Shown here piece by piece: positions 31,601 to 42,029 of a DNA stretch of 64,000 bases. The stretch spans positions 247,208 to 311,207 of the forward strand of contig NW_013657640.1 in the NCBI RefSeq assembly GCF_000142905.1, read 5' to 3'. The number at the start of each line of letters is the position of its first letter. The first letter of the stretch is position 1. The stretch comes from Thecamonas trahens ATCC 50062 (Eukaryota > Protista > Apusomonadida). The notes under the pieces were generated by a model. That model was given only the letters and a program-made list of their open reading frames with translations, was not told the origin of the DNA and made no database searches. Position numbers and translations under genes: made by a program.

Positions 31601-33029
31601 GAGGTGGCGGCGGCGGCGAAGGAGGAGGCGGCGGCGATGGTGGTGGAGGCGATGGAGGTGGCGGCGAAGGAGGAGGCGGCGGCGAAGGAGGCGGCGGCGA
31701 AGGAGGAGGCGGCGATGGAGGAGGCGGCGATGGAGGAGGCGGCGATGGAGGAGGCGGCGAAGGAGGAGGCGGCGGCGATGGAGGTGGCGGTGGAGGTGGC
31801 GGCGATGGTGGCGGCGGCGGCGAAAGAGGTGGCGGCGGCGACGGAGAACCGACCAAGGCCACTGACTTGCTTGCGCTTGTACGGGCGGTCAGAAAAGGCC
31901 CTGACCTGGGTCGCAGCACATTCGAGGGAAAGTAGCGCGCACTCGACTGCCTATCAGCCACACTCGTTGGACTCTCACAGCTTGATCCGACCAGATCGCA
32001 AGCTATTGTGTACGTATCCCGGCTAGTGGGATGCGGAACAGCGATGACCGCCACTCCGAGCCTTGTGTCGAGCGCAAGCATACATCCACCTTTCAAAGAA
32101 GACGTCGACCACGACGCAGCCACCACATGTGTGCACGATGTGCCCGAGTACGAGCACTTTGTGAGGTACGTGCTGCCATCGGCAGTGGTAGAAGCGATCA
32201 CAACCTGCGAGTTAGAAGTATCGACCTGGAGCGAGCTCGACATCGAAGAAGAGACTACAATGCCCCCAGACACGTCTCTCCCAGTGCAACCTGTTCCAGC
32301 CAACGAGCACGAGTGAAAGTACAGCCGGTTATCATCCGTGTTTCGGGCGGCGAAGACGAGCTTGCTGCCGGCGATGCCTGCAGATGGGAACAATCGATCC
32401 GAGATCGCGCTCTGCAGCGAGCATGAGTCGAGAGAGAGCGTGCATCGGTATATATAGACACGGGTGTCACCATTGTCTCTGTTTGCCAAGACAAACACTG
32501 TCGAGGCTAGCGGATGAACAGCAACAGACGAGTGTGAGGGAGGGTGGGCCTTGTCGAGCACGGCGGTGGCCTCACTGCTTGCCGACGTCATCCCACTCCT
32601 CATGATGGCCGTTCCATAGTAGTGAATACCACCAGATGATTCGTCATACACAGAGAGCGAGACGTAGGCTTGAGACATGTACATGGCGATGTCCTGCACA
32701 CCAAGGATGGTGAGACCGCCGGAGCGAGTAAAGTCCGCACCGGGAATTGGGACACCATCCGGCAACAATGGAACAAAACGAACTTGTCGTTGCGCAGAGC
32801 CATGGACACCCATGACCGCCCCACTTGCATCGTCACGCGCGACAAAATAGTCATTGAGTTCTGGTTGGTATGCCTCTAGAGCATTCCTTCCGCTCTCGTG
32901 CGGCGACATCGCAGACGGCGTTGCAGCGACATCGCCGCGTTCGCCGGTGAGCAAAGCAGCAACGACGACGACGACGACGACAAACAGCAGACGGCACCAG
33001 TTTGCGCGAATGACTCTAGACCCAGCCAT
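28641..33029 (-). CDS. Modular receptor-like protein: propeller-like repeats, SPPPP stalk, sushi/CCP, filamin-type Ig, Cys-rich repeats, about 10 TM helices
   Basis: Hydrophobic leader, CxxxGxxC repeats, poly-SPPPP, a C..C..C..W..C sushi pattern, IPGSPF, CxxCP repeats and many TM segments; start codon uncertain. Confidence 0.85.
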   Translation of the reverse strand: MAGSRVIRANWCRLLFVVVVVVVAALLTGERGDVAATPSAMSPHESGRNALEAYQPELNDYFVARDDASGAVMGVHGSAQRQVRFVPLLPDGVPIPGADFTRSGGLTILGVQDIAMYMSQAYVSLSVYDESSGGIHYYGTAIMRSGMTSASSEATAVLDKAHPPSHSSVAVHPLASTVFVLANRDNGDTRVYIYRCTLSLDSCSLQSAISDRLFPSAGIAGSKLVFAARNTDDNRLYFHSCSLAGTGCTGRDVSGGIVVSSSMSSSLQVDTSNSQVVIASTTADGSTYLTKCSYSGTSCTHVVAASWSTSSLKGGCMLALDTRLGVAVIAVPHPTSRDTYTIACDLVGSSCESPTSVADRQSSARYFPSNVLRPRSGPFLTARTSASKSVALVGSPSPPPPLSPPPPPSPPPPPPPPSPPPPPSPPPPSPPPPSPPPPSPPPPSPPPPSPPPPPSPPPPSPPPPSPPPPPSPPPPPPSPPPPSPPPPPPPPCSCNSVSVDVVPHGKTEMIHTSVWSLAITCDDNYVLPPFAPVVTCDMDDDWTPALPPCLYNATALSGPPSSVMVASTTIIFLSWPVEAETPVLLPGSNFTLGKGSYASGTYKVPLIAPTRAGTYNLTLVLAKDGTRLAMGSRTIEVTPGPANHQMSYAACCGACNTLLPRTFSPTALIELAAPATAGVMIFDEFGNWLAPADGDPSATASVVIDGVTSPLTMAECNGMQVVTFPLARRPTAATFRLLTSAPVSDQGFRSIPGSPFRISSAQAHTCPAGQRRTGCGLRAFCTECPGNTYGDFGSMCVPKCDACPPLTTSLPGSGAVSDCHCQQGSFRCGAWANATGCVSCAAIEGAVCPGGDAHPIARPGYQMSINSGCRRTSRDREIDYVFIPCRDSLVRAQRVCPGHNGTQCADGYAGRLCSRCADGYFTDTAGECRRCLASGKSVSLVATAGILLFSMVMVIVFVLMADRRVSLQQLNFAAISGIEQCHALRQGLRWMAWLWREVALFVFEAIVVGLMAVMGLRRNYELAVISLGLLSILLYVVVDRIREYRAAVRRSGVAHADTAQLFLAARSSTSSDSSSLSDPAETHAIKGMSPRSSSVLFDGPRSLRMTSTSVGHQGRTEVRRHVEAVSKSFIVYLQSLAAIVAVYDIDPTEVAQSLASVVEASSVQMTGLACAGLDFEHQFYLTLSLPIMLMAAVAAAFTCHRFILCVSQSHYSEHGPTSRRVVDAQKMRDVRGLQARALRMLLVVTYFFIFPTASRAFSIFACVPEIPQHELSAGRFLFVAPWIRCEVGSSEYGGMAKVAIATIIIIIAGAVTIIYVARQERTQHSPIYIALDFLRASYRPSCRWYEVVVLVRRLTFALVATIAIFDNDPHFTFASIAMLGILLLALVVHFALWPYKSALASWIEACATAMCAVSLMLVVGIVNTVHGSTSSRILNAAFLVGNICMCFVFIAALVWPIITTLR
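31560..31845 (-). repeat. Coding extensin-like (SPPPP)n repeat
   Basis: GGA/GGC/GGT triplet array on the + strand. Confidence 0.95.
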
Positions 33030-33262
33030 ATACACCGGCATACTACCTACACACCAGGCAGACACTGTGTACGCAGGTGGAAGAGAGCTGGCCCCAAACC
33101 ACAGCTTGTTCGGCGAGCCCTCGCTGAGCGGCCACGGTGCAAGTCTGACGGACATTTTTGTGGCCATCCAACCCGTTGCGAGCTCTTCCCCTTCCGACCA
33201 CCTCACCGTCCCACGGCAACGACGGCAAGGATCGCATTCCGCCCCCACGCAACCCACCAACA

Positions 33263-35899
33263 ATGCTGTTAACGAGGACACGTCGCACATGTGCTTGGTG
33301 GGGCGTGGCTCTTGTCGTGGCTGCTATGTGTTTGCTCTCGGTAGTGGTCTCGGCTAATGTCGACCTCTCCCGCACTACCTTGGCTTTTCCGGACCGATTG
33401 AGACGCGAGACCAACTTTACGTATGGCCTATGGAGCGGGTCGCGGACGGTAGCGGTAGGCGTCCAACTGCGAGACGGCGACGGTACGCGTGTTGACAATG
33501 AGTTTGGCTTGGAGCCAGCCGATGTCGTTGTGGTCTTTCTCGGCGGATCTCACAGACCGTCGGTCAGCGTCGTGGCTTTCGACAACGACCGTAATGTCAC
33601 CGACTACACCAGCGGCGCAGCGTTTGGCTTCAATCTGACCTTTCCCACCAACGCGCACTACTTTCTGAACGTCCAAGTCGCCAATGTGTCGATTGAGCCG
33701 GGAGAGACGGTGGTCATCCAGGCCTTTCTGCCGTGCGCGGCCGGCATGCGCGCCATGCACCGCGACGATCGCGGCGTCAACTCGCACGAGTTCACCTGCG
33801 CGGCGTGTCCCAAAGGCGAGTGGGCGCGAGTTGACGAGAGTGAGTGCACGCCATGCAGTGGAGCTCATACGACTACTTTCGTTCCGCTGCCTGTCTCACA
33901 GGACGACTGCGAGTGCGCGCCGGGGTACTATAGGCTAGGACCGGCTGTTCTGGATTGCGTTGCCTGCCCCTCCGGCGCGATATGCCCTGGCCGCCATTAC
34001 CCGCCGCGCGCCGAGCCGGGCTACTACCCGGGAACAAAACCTCACACGTTTGTACGGTGCCGCAACGAGGCGGTCTGCCCCAATAACGCAACGCAGGAAA
34101 CCGGGGGCTTTGAGTGTGCCGATGGCTACCGCAGTCGGCTCTGCTCGCGGTGCGCGAGCAACTGGTTCGTCAACTCGCACGGCGACTGTGAATGCTGCTC
34201 CGCGTCGGGCCGCAACGACGCGGTAACAGTAGTGCTTTCATCAGGGGTCGTCGGCATCGGCATCTTTGTCTTTATTGTCTACGTCCTTGCCAACCAGTCG
34301 GTGCGGCCGCGATCGTCGCTCCCGCCGCAGCACTACCGCGGCCGGCTTGTGCTCAAGTGGGCGCAGCGGCTGTGGCGCGAGTTTCTGACGGTGGCATCGC
34401 TCTGCGCAGCGTTGTACGCACTGGTGGTGATGCGAGTGCTCGAGGTAATGCAACTGGCAGTCATGATCTTGCTGCTCATCCTCATCTCGACCTACATGGT
34501 GTTCTCGCGCGTGCTCCTTTTCCGTCGCCGGCGCCAACAGTCACACACATACATGCCAGCGGCTGCCTTGCCCGACGAGGAGCAGGAGATGCTCAACATC
34601 GGGTACCAGGCGTGGGACTCGCGATCGGGCTCGGGCTTGGGCTCGAGCTCGGGCTCGGGCCTGGGCTCGGACGTGGAATGCAAGACTGATGGGTTCACGC
34701 CGCCAGAGATTGATGATGGCTCGAGCAGGGGCAGGCGTGGCGCCGGCGATGGCGACGGTGTCGGCGAGGAGCGGGCATTTGGCAAGCGCGAGCACGCGAC
34801 GGCGGTGGCCAAGTCATTTGTAGTGTACCTGCAGACTGTGTCGACGGTGGTGAGCGTGTACAATGTGGACATGGCTCTTGCGCTGCGGCAGATGGGCTCG
34901 GTCGTGGCGGCGGCCAACATGCGGATGAACGGGCTGGCGTGCGCATGGGACGAGTTTGACTTTGTCGGCCCATACCTAGCCACAGTTGTGGCATGTCCGG
35001 CACTAATGATAGCAGTGGTAGTGGCATACTGCTTCCATGGCTGGCTACTCCGGCTGAGGCTGCCGCCGTATCAAGTGCCAGAGGCGTACATCCAGGAGCT
35101 GCGGCTGCTGCGGATCCGCGCGCTGCGGCTTGTGCTGATCATTGCATACTTTTTCATCTTTCCTATCTCGTCGCTCTCGTTTGACATGTTTGCCTGCATC
35201 GACGAGGGCAACGGGTCGGGCGCAACGTTCCTGGCGCGAGCGCCGTGGATCCGCTGTGGGACGACGGAGCACCAGCAGCTGTTGGCGGTGGCGACCACGT
35301 CGCTGATTGTGGTGTTTGGCGGCTCTTCGCTCGTCATCTGGCGAGTGTATGCGCTGCGAAACGACTCGGAGGCCATCACCATCCGCGCGCTCAGCTTTCT
35401 CACCAACGGATATCGCGCCGGCGCCGGCGGGTACGAGGTGCTTGTGCTTGTGCGGCGACTGGTCTTTGCGCTTTTCGTGGCGCTCCTCTCCTACTCGCCC
35501 GAACTGCTCGGCGGAGCGCTTATGACGACACTCATGGGCGCGTTTCTGGCGCACTTTGTGTTTTGGCCACTCAAATCGTCGCTCGCGTCCTGGATGGAGG
35601 CGACCGGTCTGGTCATGGCCATGTTCTCGCTCATGGCCATCGTCTCGATGTACCACAATTCGAGCAGCGAGACAAGCGCGATCCGCGCTAGCTCGGTCTC
35701 CACGCCGTCGACGACGCTCAAGCTGCTCTCGCTCATTCTCATTCTTGGCAATGTAGCCCTAAGCATTGCCTTTATCACCGTCATGGTCGGGCCTGTCTTC
35801 CGCGACATGGTCGTCACCCGCAGTGGGCGGGGCCGCCAGCCCACCCGAGCCACCATCGACCGCACGCCACTCGTTCCTGATCCCGACCACATCCAATGA
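33263..35899 (+). CDS. Cys-rich multipass membrane protein, paralog of the 28641-33029 gene
   Basis: Signal peptide; shares CADGYxxRLCSRCA, LWRE, KSF(I/V)VYLQ, GLAC, YFFIFP, APWIRC and WPxKSxLASWxEA with its neighbour. Confidence 0.85.
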   Translation: MLLTRTRRTCAWWGVALVVAAMCLLSVVVSANVDLSRTTLAFPDRLRRETNFTYGLWSGSRTVAVGVQLRDGDGTRVDNEFGLEPADVVVVFLGGSHRPSVSVVAFDNDRNVTDYTSGAAFGFNLTFPTNAHYFLNVQVANVSIEPGETVVIQAFLPCAAGMRAMHRDDRGVNSHEFTCAACPKGEWARVDESECTPCSGAHTTTFVPLPVSQDDCECAPGYYRLGPAVLDCVACPSGAICPGRHYPPRAEPGYYPGTKPHTFVRCRNEAVCPNNATQETGGFECADGYRSRLCSRCASNWFVNSHGDCECCSASGRNDAVTVVLSSGVVGIGIFVFIVYVLANQSVRPRSSLPPQHYRGRLVLKWAQRLWREFLTVASLCAALYALVVMRVLEVMQLAVMILLLILISTYMVFSRVLLFRRRRQQSHTYMPAAALPDEEQEMLNIGYQAWDSRSGSGLGSSSGSGLGSDVECKTDGFTPPEIDDGSSRGRRGAGDGDGVGEERAFGKREHATAVAKSFVVYLQTVSTVVSVYNVDMALALRQMGSVVAAANMRMNGLACAWDEFDFVGPYLATVVACPALMIAVVVAYCFHGWLLRLRLPPYQVPEAYIQELRLLRIRALRLVLIIAYFFIFPISSLSFDMFACIDEGNGSGATFLARAPWIRCGTTEHQQLLAVATTSLIVVFGGSSLVIWRVYALRNDSEAITIRALSFLTNGYRAGAGGYEVLVLVRRLVFALFVALLSYSPELLGGALMTTLMGAFLAHFVFWPLKSSLASWMEATGLVMAMFSLMAIVSMYHNSSSETSAIRASSVSTPSTTLKLLSLILILGNVALSIAFITVMVGPVFRDMVVTRSGRGRQPTRATIDRTPLVPDPDHIQ

Positions 35900-36083
35900 C
35901 ATGTAGTATGTACATAGTGAATGGTTATATGTGTGTATATGTATATATGTGTTTGTGTGTGTGTGCGTGAGTGTGTTGTGTTAGATGCGCGCGCGTTTTC
36001 GTCGTATTTTGGCGCAATCAGTAGCAAGGCCAAGTGCAAGACGGATATACCCGAGTCGGCCACCACTCGTCGCCGGACTCACC

Positions 36084-38109
36084 ATGTCGTCCATTGTGCA
36101 GCGGACGGCCACGCTGTTCCCCGAGCAGGAGCCGCTTCTTTCCGAGATTGCATCCCTTCGCGAGGCACGGTACGACATGAACTTCTTCCTTGTTACCTTG
36201 AGGCTGTGTGTGTGTGTGTGGAGGGGGGTGGGGTGGGTAGGTATGGCTATAGTTATGGCTATGACTGTGGTTGTGGTGGGGCTGTGGCTGCGGAGCGGTG
36301 AGATCGGTGGCCGACCTTCCAACAGGTCGCCGTGGAGACGACCTCTGCTACCACCACCTCTACCACACGCATGCTATTTCTGCTCTTCTTCTTCTTTGCA
36401 GAGCATGTGTACACCTCCTCCCTCCCCCTCCTCCCTCTTTCCAAACTGTTTTACCTCTTTCCATACCCATGTTAGGCCCCGTGCGGTACGCGGTGTACCA
36501 AGTGCCGCCTGTGTGTTTTTTGGGTCGCCCAATGGGCGCGCCCTCGCCTACCACCAGCTACCCATACGCGGCTAGCCACCCACACCTCAGCCAGCCAGCC
36601 CCTTCCAGTGGTGGTGGTGGTGTATGTGTGTTGGTGGTGGTGGTGGTGGTGGTGGTGGTGGTGGTGGTGGTGGTGGTTGTGGTTGTGGTTGTGGTGGTGG
36701 TGGTGGCTGCGACTGACTGTGAGTTGCGGGTATGGGTATGGGTGTGGGTATGGGCATGGATATCGGTGCGGCTGTGGCTGGTGCGGGTACGGACATGGGT
36801 ATGGTTTGTGGATGATGGGGTGTGCAGTCTCTATCATCAGCTGACCGAGGCACTGGAGACGCTGCTGTCGACGACGGCTGTGGGCACCTCGTCGCATCTG
36901 GTGGCGTTCTTCGACGAGTTTATCGCGCCGCTGCTCAAGTACATCAACGCCAAGAGTTTTGTCAAGTTTGCGGTGCTGGCGTCGCGGCAGAAGGAGACGC
37001 CGGAAGAGTCGATGGCGTTCTTGCTGGAGATGTGCGAGAGCGTGCGCGAGGCGGTGCTGGCGGCCAAGGCTGCGACGTCGCGGAGCGGCGTGGCGGACAT
37101 GGATGTGGAGGACAACGCTGCCGAGGCGAATGGGGCCAATAGCAAGGGCGGAATCGAGACTGTGGACATCGGGTCGGGTGCGGCCGGCGATGAGGCGATC
37201 TCAGCGGCAGACCTGCTGCCGTCGCCGGAGGACGACGCCGAGCTGCTCAAGGCGAGCAAGAAGAAGACGCTGGTGGGTCCGGTGACCGACTACGTCCACG
37301 TCTACCTCCTCACCGAGCTGGCGCGGGTCAAGCTCAAGTCGTCAGTCTCAGAGGCCAAGGCGCTGCTGGAGGAGGTCGGCGAGGTGCTTGACGCCGTGGT
37401 CGAGATGGATCCGCTGCTCCATGGGTTCTACTACCACATCAAGTCCGAGTACCACCGGATGATGGGCCCGGCAGACGTGTTTTTCCGCTACACCATGCTC
37501 TATCTCGCGGTCACGCCGCTCGACGACATCTCGCTCGACGTCCAGCGCGTGCTCGCCTTTGATCTCGGCCTCTCAGCGCTCATCTCCGAGAAGATCTACA
37601 ACTTTGGCGAGCTGCTGCAGCACGAGATCCTCTCGTCGCTCGAGGGTACGCCGCACGCCTGGATGGCGGCCATGCTCGCAGCGTTCAACGCCGGCGACAT
37701 TGCCGCTTACGAGACGCTCGCCGCCAAGCATGCCATCCGCATGAACGCCCAGCCGGTTCTCGTCGTCAACAAGGCGCTACTCTCGGAGAAGCTCGCCATT
37801 TGCGCCCTCGTCCAGATCCTGTTCGAGACACCGTCGGACGCGCGCGTGCTCTCGTTTGACGAGATCGCCGCTGCCACCCGCCTCGACGAGGACCGCGTCG
37901 AGCGCGTCCTCATGAAGGCACTCTCCGTCGGCCTCATCAAGGGCCGTATCGATGGTATCGACCGCACCGTCTCGGTCTCGTGGGTCGCACCACGCGTCCT
38001 CGACCGCGCCGCCCTCGGCACCATGGCCAACTCGCTCACCGCCTGGGCTGCAAAGGTTGACTCTGCTCTCGACCTCATCGAGCGCGATGCCGGCGAGCTG
38101 CTCCAATGA
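36084..38109 (+). CDS. PSMD13: 26S proteasome lid subunit Rpn9/PSMD13; exons 36084-36169 and 36828-38109
   Basis: A GTACGA...TGCAG intron restores (R)LYHQLT; IYNFGELLQH, AFNAGD and the PCI end MKALSVGLIKGRID..WVAPRVL. Confidence 0.93.
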
Positions 38110-38196
38110 AACACACATCTGTCCCCCCCCCCCGCATGGACCGCTGCTCGTTGGCGCGCGGCCGCATGTCGTGTTTCACTGTGTTGGCATCGGCGG

Positions 38197-39354
38197 CTAC
38201 AACACATGGTCGGCAAAGTCGGTATCGTACTCGTCGTAGTACTCGGGCAGTTCAGACGACTCGGAGTGGCCCTTGCGCTTGCTCTTCTTCTTCTTCTTCT
38301 TCTTCTTCTTCTTCTCTCCGTCGTCCGACGAGCTCGACTCGTCGAGCACCGACGAGTACCTGCCCGACTCGTCATCGTAGCCGTAGTCATCGTCGTAGCT
38401 CTCGTCGAGCTTGCAGCACGCGCACGGACACCAGGCGCACGACCAGAATGTGGCGCACGAGGCCTTGGTGCGATCAGAGCAGCACGCGGTGGTGCACGAG
38501 ACAAACGAGCGGAAGGCCGAGCTCCAGAACCGCGAGCACGATGCACCAGTAGCGTAGCAGCCGTTGCGGATGGCGGCGGCGGCACGCTCACAGCATGGGC
38601 AGCACCCACACGAGCAGCCGGCAAACGGTGAGACGCAAAAGTACTCGTCGACATCGTCGTCGTAGCCGTAACAGCAGCACCAGGTGGCGTGCCAGCAGGC
38701 GGCGAGGCCGCGCCACGACGCGGTCCAGCACGATGCCACACCGTCCCACGCCTGCCCACAGCACGCCGATATCCGCTCACCACAGCGCCCGCATCGGCAG
38801 GCGCAGCACGCCGGGCACGAGTCGCATGCGCCCGGGCACGGATTCGTCGGCCGCGAGCACGCGCAGCCGGAGCACTCGGGCGTCCCGCACGAAGCCTCGC
38901 CCAGACACGGGCAGCACTCGACCTCTCCCAGATCGTCCTCGTCGCCGGGACGCACGCCGGCACCATCGACCCCGTAGGAGACCGGCCCAGCCGCCGTGCG
39001 CGTTCGCGACGACTTGCGCCGCCGGTGTTTGCGGTCGATCGGCCCGAACCGGGCCTCGTCGTCGGCGTCCCATTTGGCGGACGACCGGCACGCCAGAATG
39101 ACGACGAGAGCAAAGAGCGCCACCACCATGGCAGCTGCCACAGAGATAATCATAATAATCACGTTGCGCTTGGTCTCATCCTCGCCATCGTCCTCGTCCG
39201 ACATTCCGCCCATGACATCGCCGCCCGTCGTTGTGTTGAGTAGCGAGCGGGAGACACGGGAGACGGGCACAGCCATCACATTCGACGGCGCCGTTGCCAA
39301 CAATTGCATTTTTCCACACCAGCCTGCCCAATACGACCACTGTCAGACGCCGTT

Positions 39355-39396
<42 letters not shown>

Positions 39397-39533
39397 ACAG
39401 CAGCATCATCGTCATCAGCACGGCGGTGACCGTTGGCAGCAGAGCTGCCGTCAACGAGCAGGCAGAGAACGATAGCCACACTCAGAGCCAACATCAGAAC
39501 CACTCCGGTCGGTGCCTTGCCTAGCACAGCCAT
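38197..39533 (-). CDS. Type I membrane protein with a Cys-rich cytoplasmic region; probable -1 frameshift near 39311
   Basis: The signal-peptide ORF (MAVLGK...VLCLLVDG) joins ORF 39309-38197 if the A5 run is A6; TM IIMIISVAAAMVVALFALVVILAC; many CC/CxxC motifs and a poly-Lys tract. Confidence 0.65.
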
Positions 39534-39845
39534 GTCTTGCCTGTCGGTGTGGGAGGGTGGGGTGGGTGAGGGTGAGGGTGGTGAGGGTGTGGGTGCGGTG
39601 GGTGGGCGGGAAGGGGGGGGGGGGTGAGGCAGGTGACGGAGCGACGACGAGCGAGTGAACAAGCGGTGAATGATGTTTTTTAATGGGTGCGGGTGCGGGA
39701 GAGTGTGGGGGAGGGGGAGGGGGGGATTGTTATTGAAGTGTGGGATGGTGGGTGTGGGTGTGGGTGTGGGTGTGGGTGTGGGTGTGGGTGTGGGTGGGTG
39801 GTGCGATGGGGGGCGGGGCGGGCCAGCGGTGGTGTTGGGGACAAC

Positions 39846-41945
39846 TCACTGGATGACGTTTCCGCCCGAGGCGGTGGGGGCGTCAGAGAAGATGAGATCG
39901 TCGGCGTACTGGCGGTATTCTGCAGATGAGGTGGAGGTCGCGCCGGTCTTGGTGGGGGCGGCAATGACCGATCCGTAGAAAGAAAAGTTGTCAAAGAGGC
40001 CATCTGAGTCTTCGGAACGGACCGAGACGTTGGACTCATGGATGGAGATGCGGAGAAAGTCGTCATCGATGTTGGAGAGGTCATTGGCGGCGCGGACCGA
40101 GGGAATGTAGACCGGCTCGGTCCGCTTGGCAAAGACATCATCCCAGTTGAGCGAGGTGAAGAACGCGTGAGTCTTGAGCTCCTCGACGTCGGACGAGCCC
40201 GAGCCAAGGCGGGAGGTGGCGTTGCGGTCGAGGAGGCGAGAGATAAAGTCGCGGCCGGCCTGCGAGATGTCGTGCATGTCGTCAAAGATGAGCGGCTCAT
40301 TGAGGATGGCGTCGTACACGTCCTGGCGCGACGCGTTGTCCTTGTTGCGCGGGAACGGCGAGTCGCCAGCCATCATTTCAAAGACCAGGATGCCGAGGGC
40401 CCACCAGTCAATCTGGCGGCCGTACGGCTTGCCCTCTATCATTTCGGGCGCAGTGTACTCGGCGGTTCCGCAGAACGTCGAGGTCTTGGCGTCCGGGTTC
40501 TCAAGCTTCTTGACGAGGCCAAAGTCGGTGAGCACGATGTGGCCGCCCGAGTCGAGGAGGATGTTCTCGGGCTTGAGGTCGCGGAAGATGATCGATTGTG
40601 AGTGGAGGTAGCCGAGGGCGAGCGAGAGCTCGGCGGTGTACAGCCGGGTCTGCACCTCGGTGAATGGGCCGTACGTCTCGAGAGTGTAGAAGAGCTCGCC
40701 GCCATTGCAGTAGTCAAGGACGAGCATGAGCTTGTCTGCGGTGTGGAAGGCATAGTGGAGCTTGATGACAAACGGGTGGTCCATGATGACCAGGCTCTCC
40801 TTTTCGGCCTTGGTGTGCTCGATCTGGATCTTTTTGCGCAGCTTGCGCCGTGAAATGATCTTCATGGCGTAGTACTTGCTCGTCCCGCGCCGCTTGACGA
40901 GAAGGACCTTGGCAAACGCGCCCTGTCCAATGACAGAGACCTGCTTAAAGTCCTCGATCTTTGTCCGCTCCGACTTGTCGCGCACAACCTTTCCTGCCGA
41001 CGTCGTCAACGTGATCTCGGAAATCTTCTCGGTCCGTGAAATGTGCATGAGGTCGTCCATGTCCGCCGGCACGGTGTCGGGTGACGATGGCTCGGCAACC
41101 TCGACCTGTGCCTCTGTGTTGTTCCGCGCCGCAAGGTTGCGGAGATTGGAGCCTGACTGGGCCGAGCCAGCCATGAGGTGGTTCGACCGGATCGACGGCG
41201 ACGGTGCCGAGGAGCCTGAGCGGCGCCCGGCGGCAGCACTTCCGACTCGAGTGATCAGGTCCATCCACTTGGCACTCTCCTTCGAGTTGCGCGCCGCCAG
41301 CCAGAGGTCGCGCTTGGGCGTCCGCAGGATGAACGCCCACTTGCGTCCGCCCTCAGACTCGGCAAGCTCGTGGACCGACGCTGTCGCCAGGCGGATCTTA
41401 TCCTGGGCCTCGTGGTAGTTGATGCCTGTCTCCTGCTCGGGCTGCCGCGACCGAAACGTGTACAGCGTGGCATTGGGCAGGCGGATGTGGACCCACTTGG
41501 ACTTCCACACTCGGCGCTCGGCTCCGTACCGCGAGAGGAAGCCCGAGAGCTCCGACGCCGGCAGCTCCTCCACCGGCGTCGACACAAACTCCTTGATCAG
41601 CGCTGTGTCGTACAAGGTTGAAGCCGGCGGCAGCTCCTCGTCCTTTCGCCGCTTCTCCTTAGACTTGGACTTGTCCTTGGCCTTACCACGCTCGCGCTTG
41701 CTCGACGTCGCCTTATCCTTGGCCTTCTCCTTATCCTTGGCCTTGGACTTTTCCTTGTCCTTGGCCTTGGACTTTTCCTTGTCCTTGGCCTTGGACTTTT
41801 CCTTGTCCTTGTCCTTGGCCTTGGACCTGTCCTTGTCCTTGGCCTTGGACTTGGCCTTGTCCTTGTCCTTGGTCTTGGACTTGGACTTGTCCTTGTCTTT
41901 GTCCTTGGCCTTTGGCCGTCCTGCCATATCCGATGACTTTGGCAT
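39846..41945 (-). CDS. PH-domain AGC kinase (Akt/PKB-like)
   Basis: PH domain ending in KWMDLI, GQGAFAKV, YAMK, FRDLKPEN, DFG, TSTFCGTAEY and hydrophobic motif FDNFSF; N-terminal K/D repeat. Confidence 0.9.
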   Translation of the reverse strand: MPKSSDMAGRPKAKDKDKDKSKSKTKDKDKAKSKAKDKDRSKAKDKDKEKSKAKDKEKSKAKDKEKSKAKDKEKAKDKATSSKRERGKAKDKSKSKEKRRKDEELPPASTLYDTALIKEFVSTPVEELPASELSGFLSRYGAERRVWKSKWVHIRLPNATLYTFRSRQPEQETGINYHEAQDKIRLATASVHELAESEGGRKWAFILRTPKRDLWLAARNSKESAKWMDLITRVGSAAAGRRSGSSAPSPSIRSNHLMAGSAQSGSNLRNLAARNNTEAQVEVAEPSSPDTVPADMDDLMHISRTEKISEITLTTSAGKVVRDKSERTKIEDFKQVSVIGQGAFAKVLLVKRRGTSKYYAMKIISRRKLRKKIQIEHTKAEKESLVIMDHPFVIKLHYAFHTADKLMLVLDYCNGGELFYTLETYGPFTEVQTRLYTAELSLALGYLHSQSIIFRDLKPENILLDSGGHIVLTDFGLVKKLENPDAKTSTFCGTAEYTAPEMIEGKPYGRQIDWWALGILVFEMMAGDSPFPRNKDNASRQDVYDAILNEPLIFDDMHDISQAGRDFISRLLDRNATSRLGSGSSDVEELKTHAFFTSLNWDDVFAKRTEPVYIPSVRAANDLSNIDDDFLRISIHESNVSVRSEDSDGLFDNFSFYGSVIAAPTKTGATSTSSAEYRQYADDLIFSDAPTASGGNVIQ

Positions 41946-42029
41946 GCCTCTCAGCCGTCCACTCTCGTCTCCTTCTCGCTGCCTGTTGGTATCCGTGCTG
42001 TGAGTCAACCAGCCATGTGTATGCATTGT

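Noticed and set aside
36271-36827. Poly-Val/Trp N-terminal extension of Rpn9
   Set aside because: It is (GTG)n microsatellite inside the 658-nt intron; splicing from exon 36084-36169 restores the conserved N-terminus.
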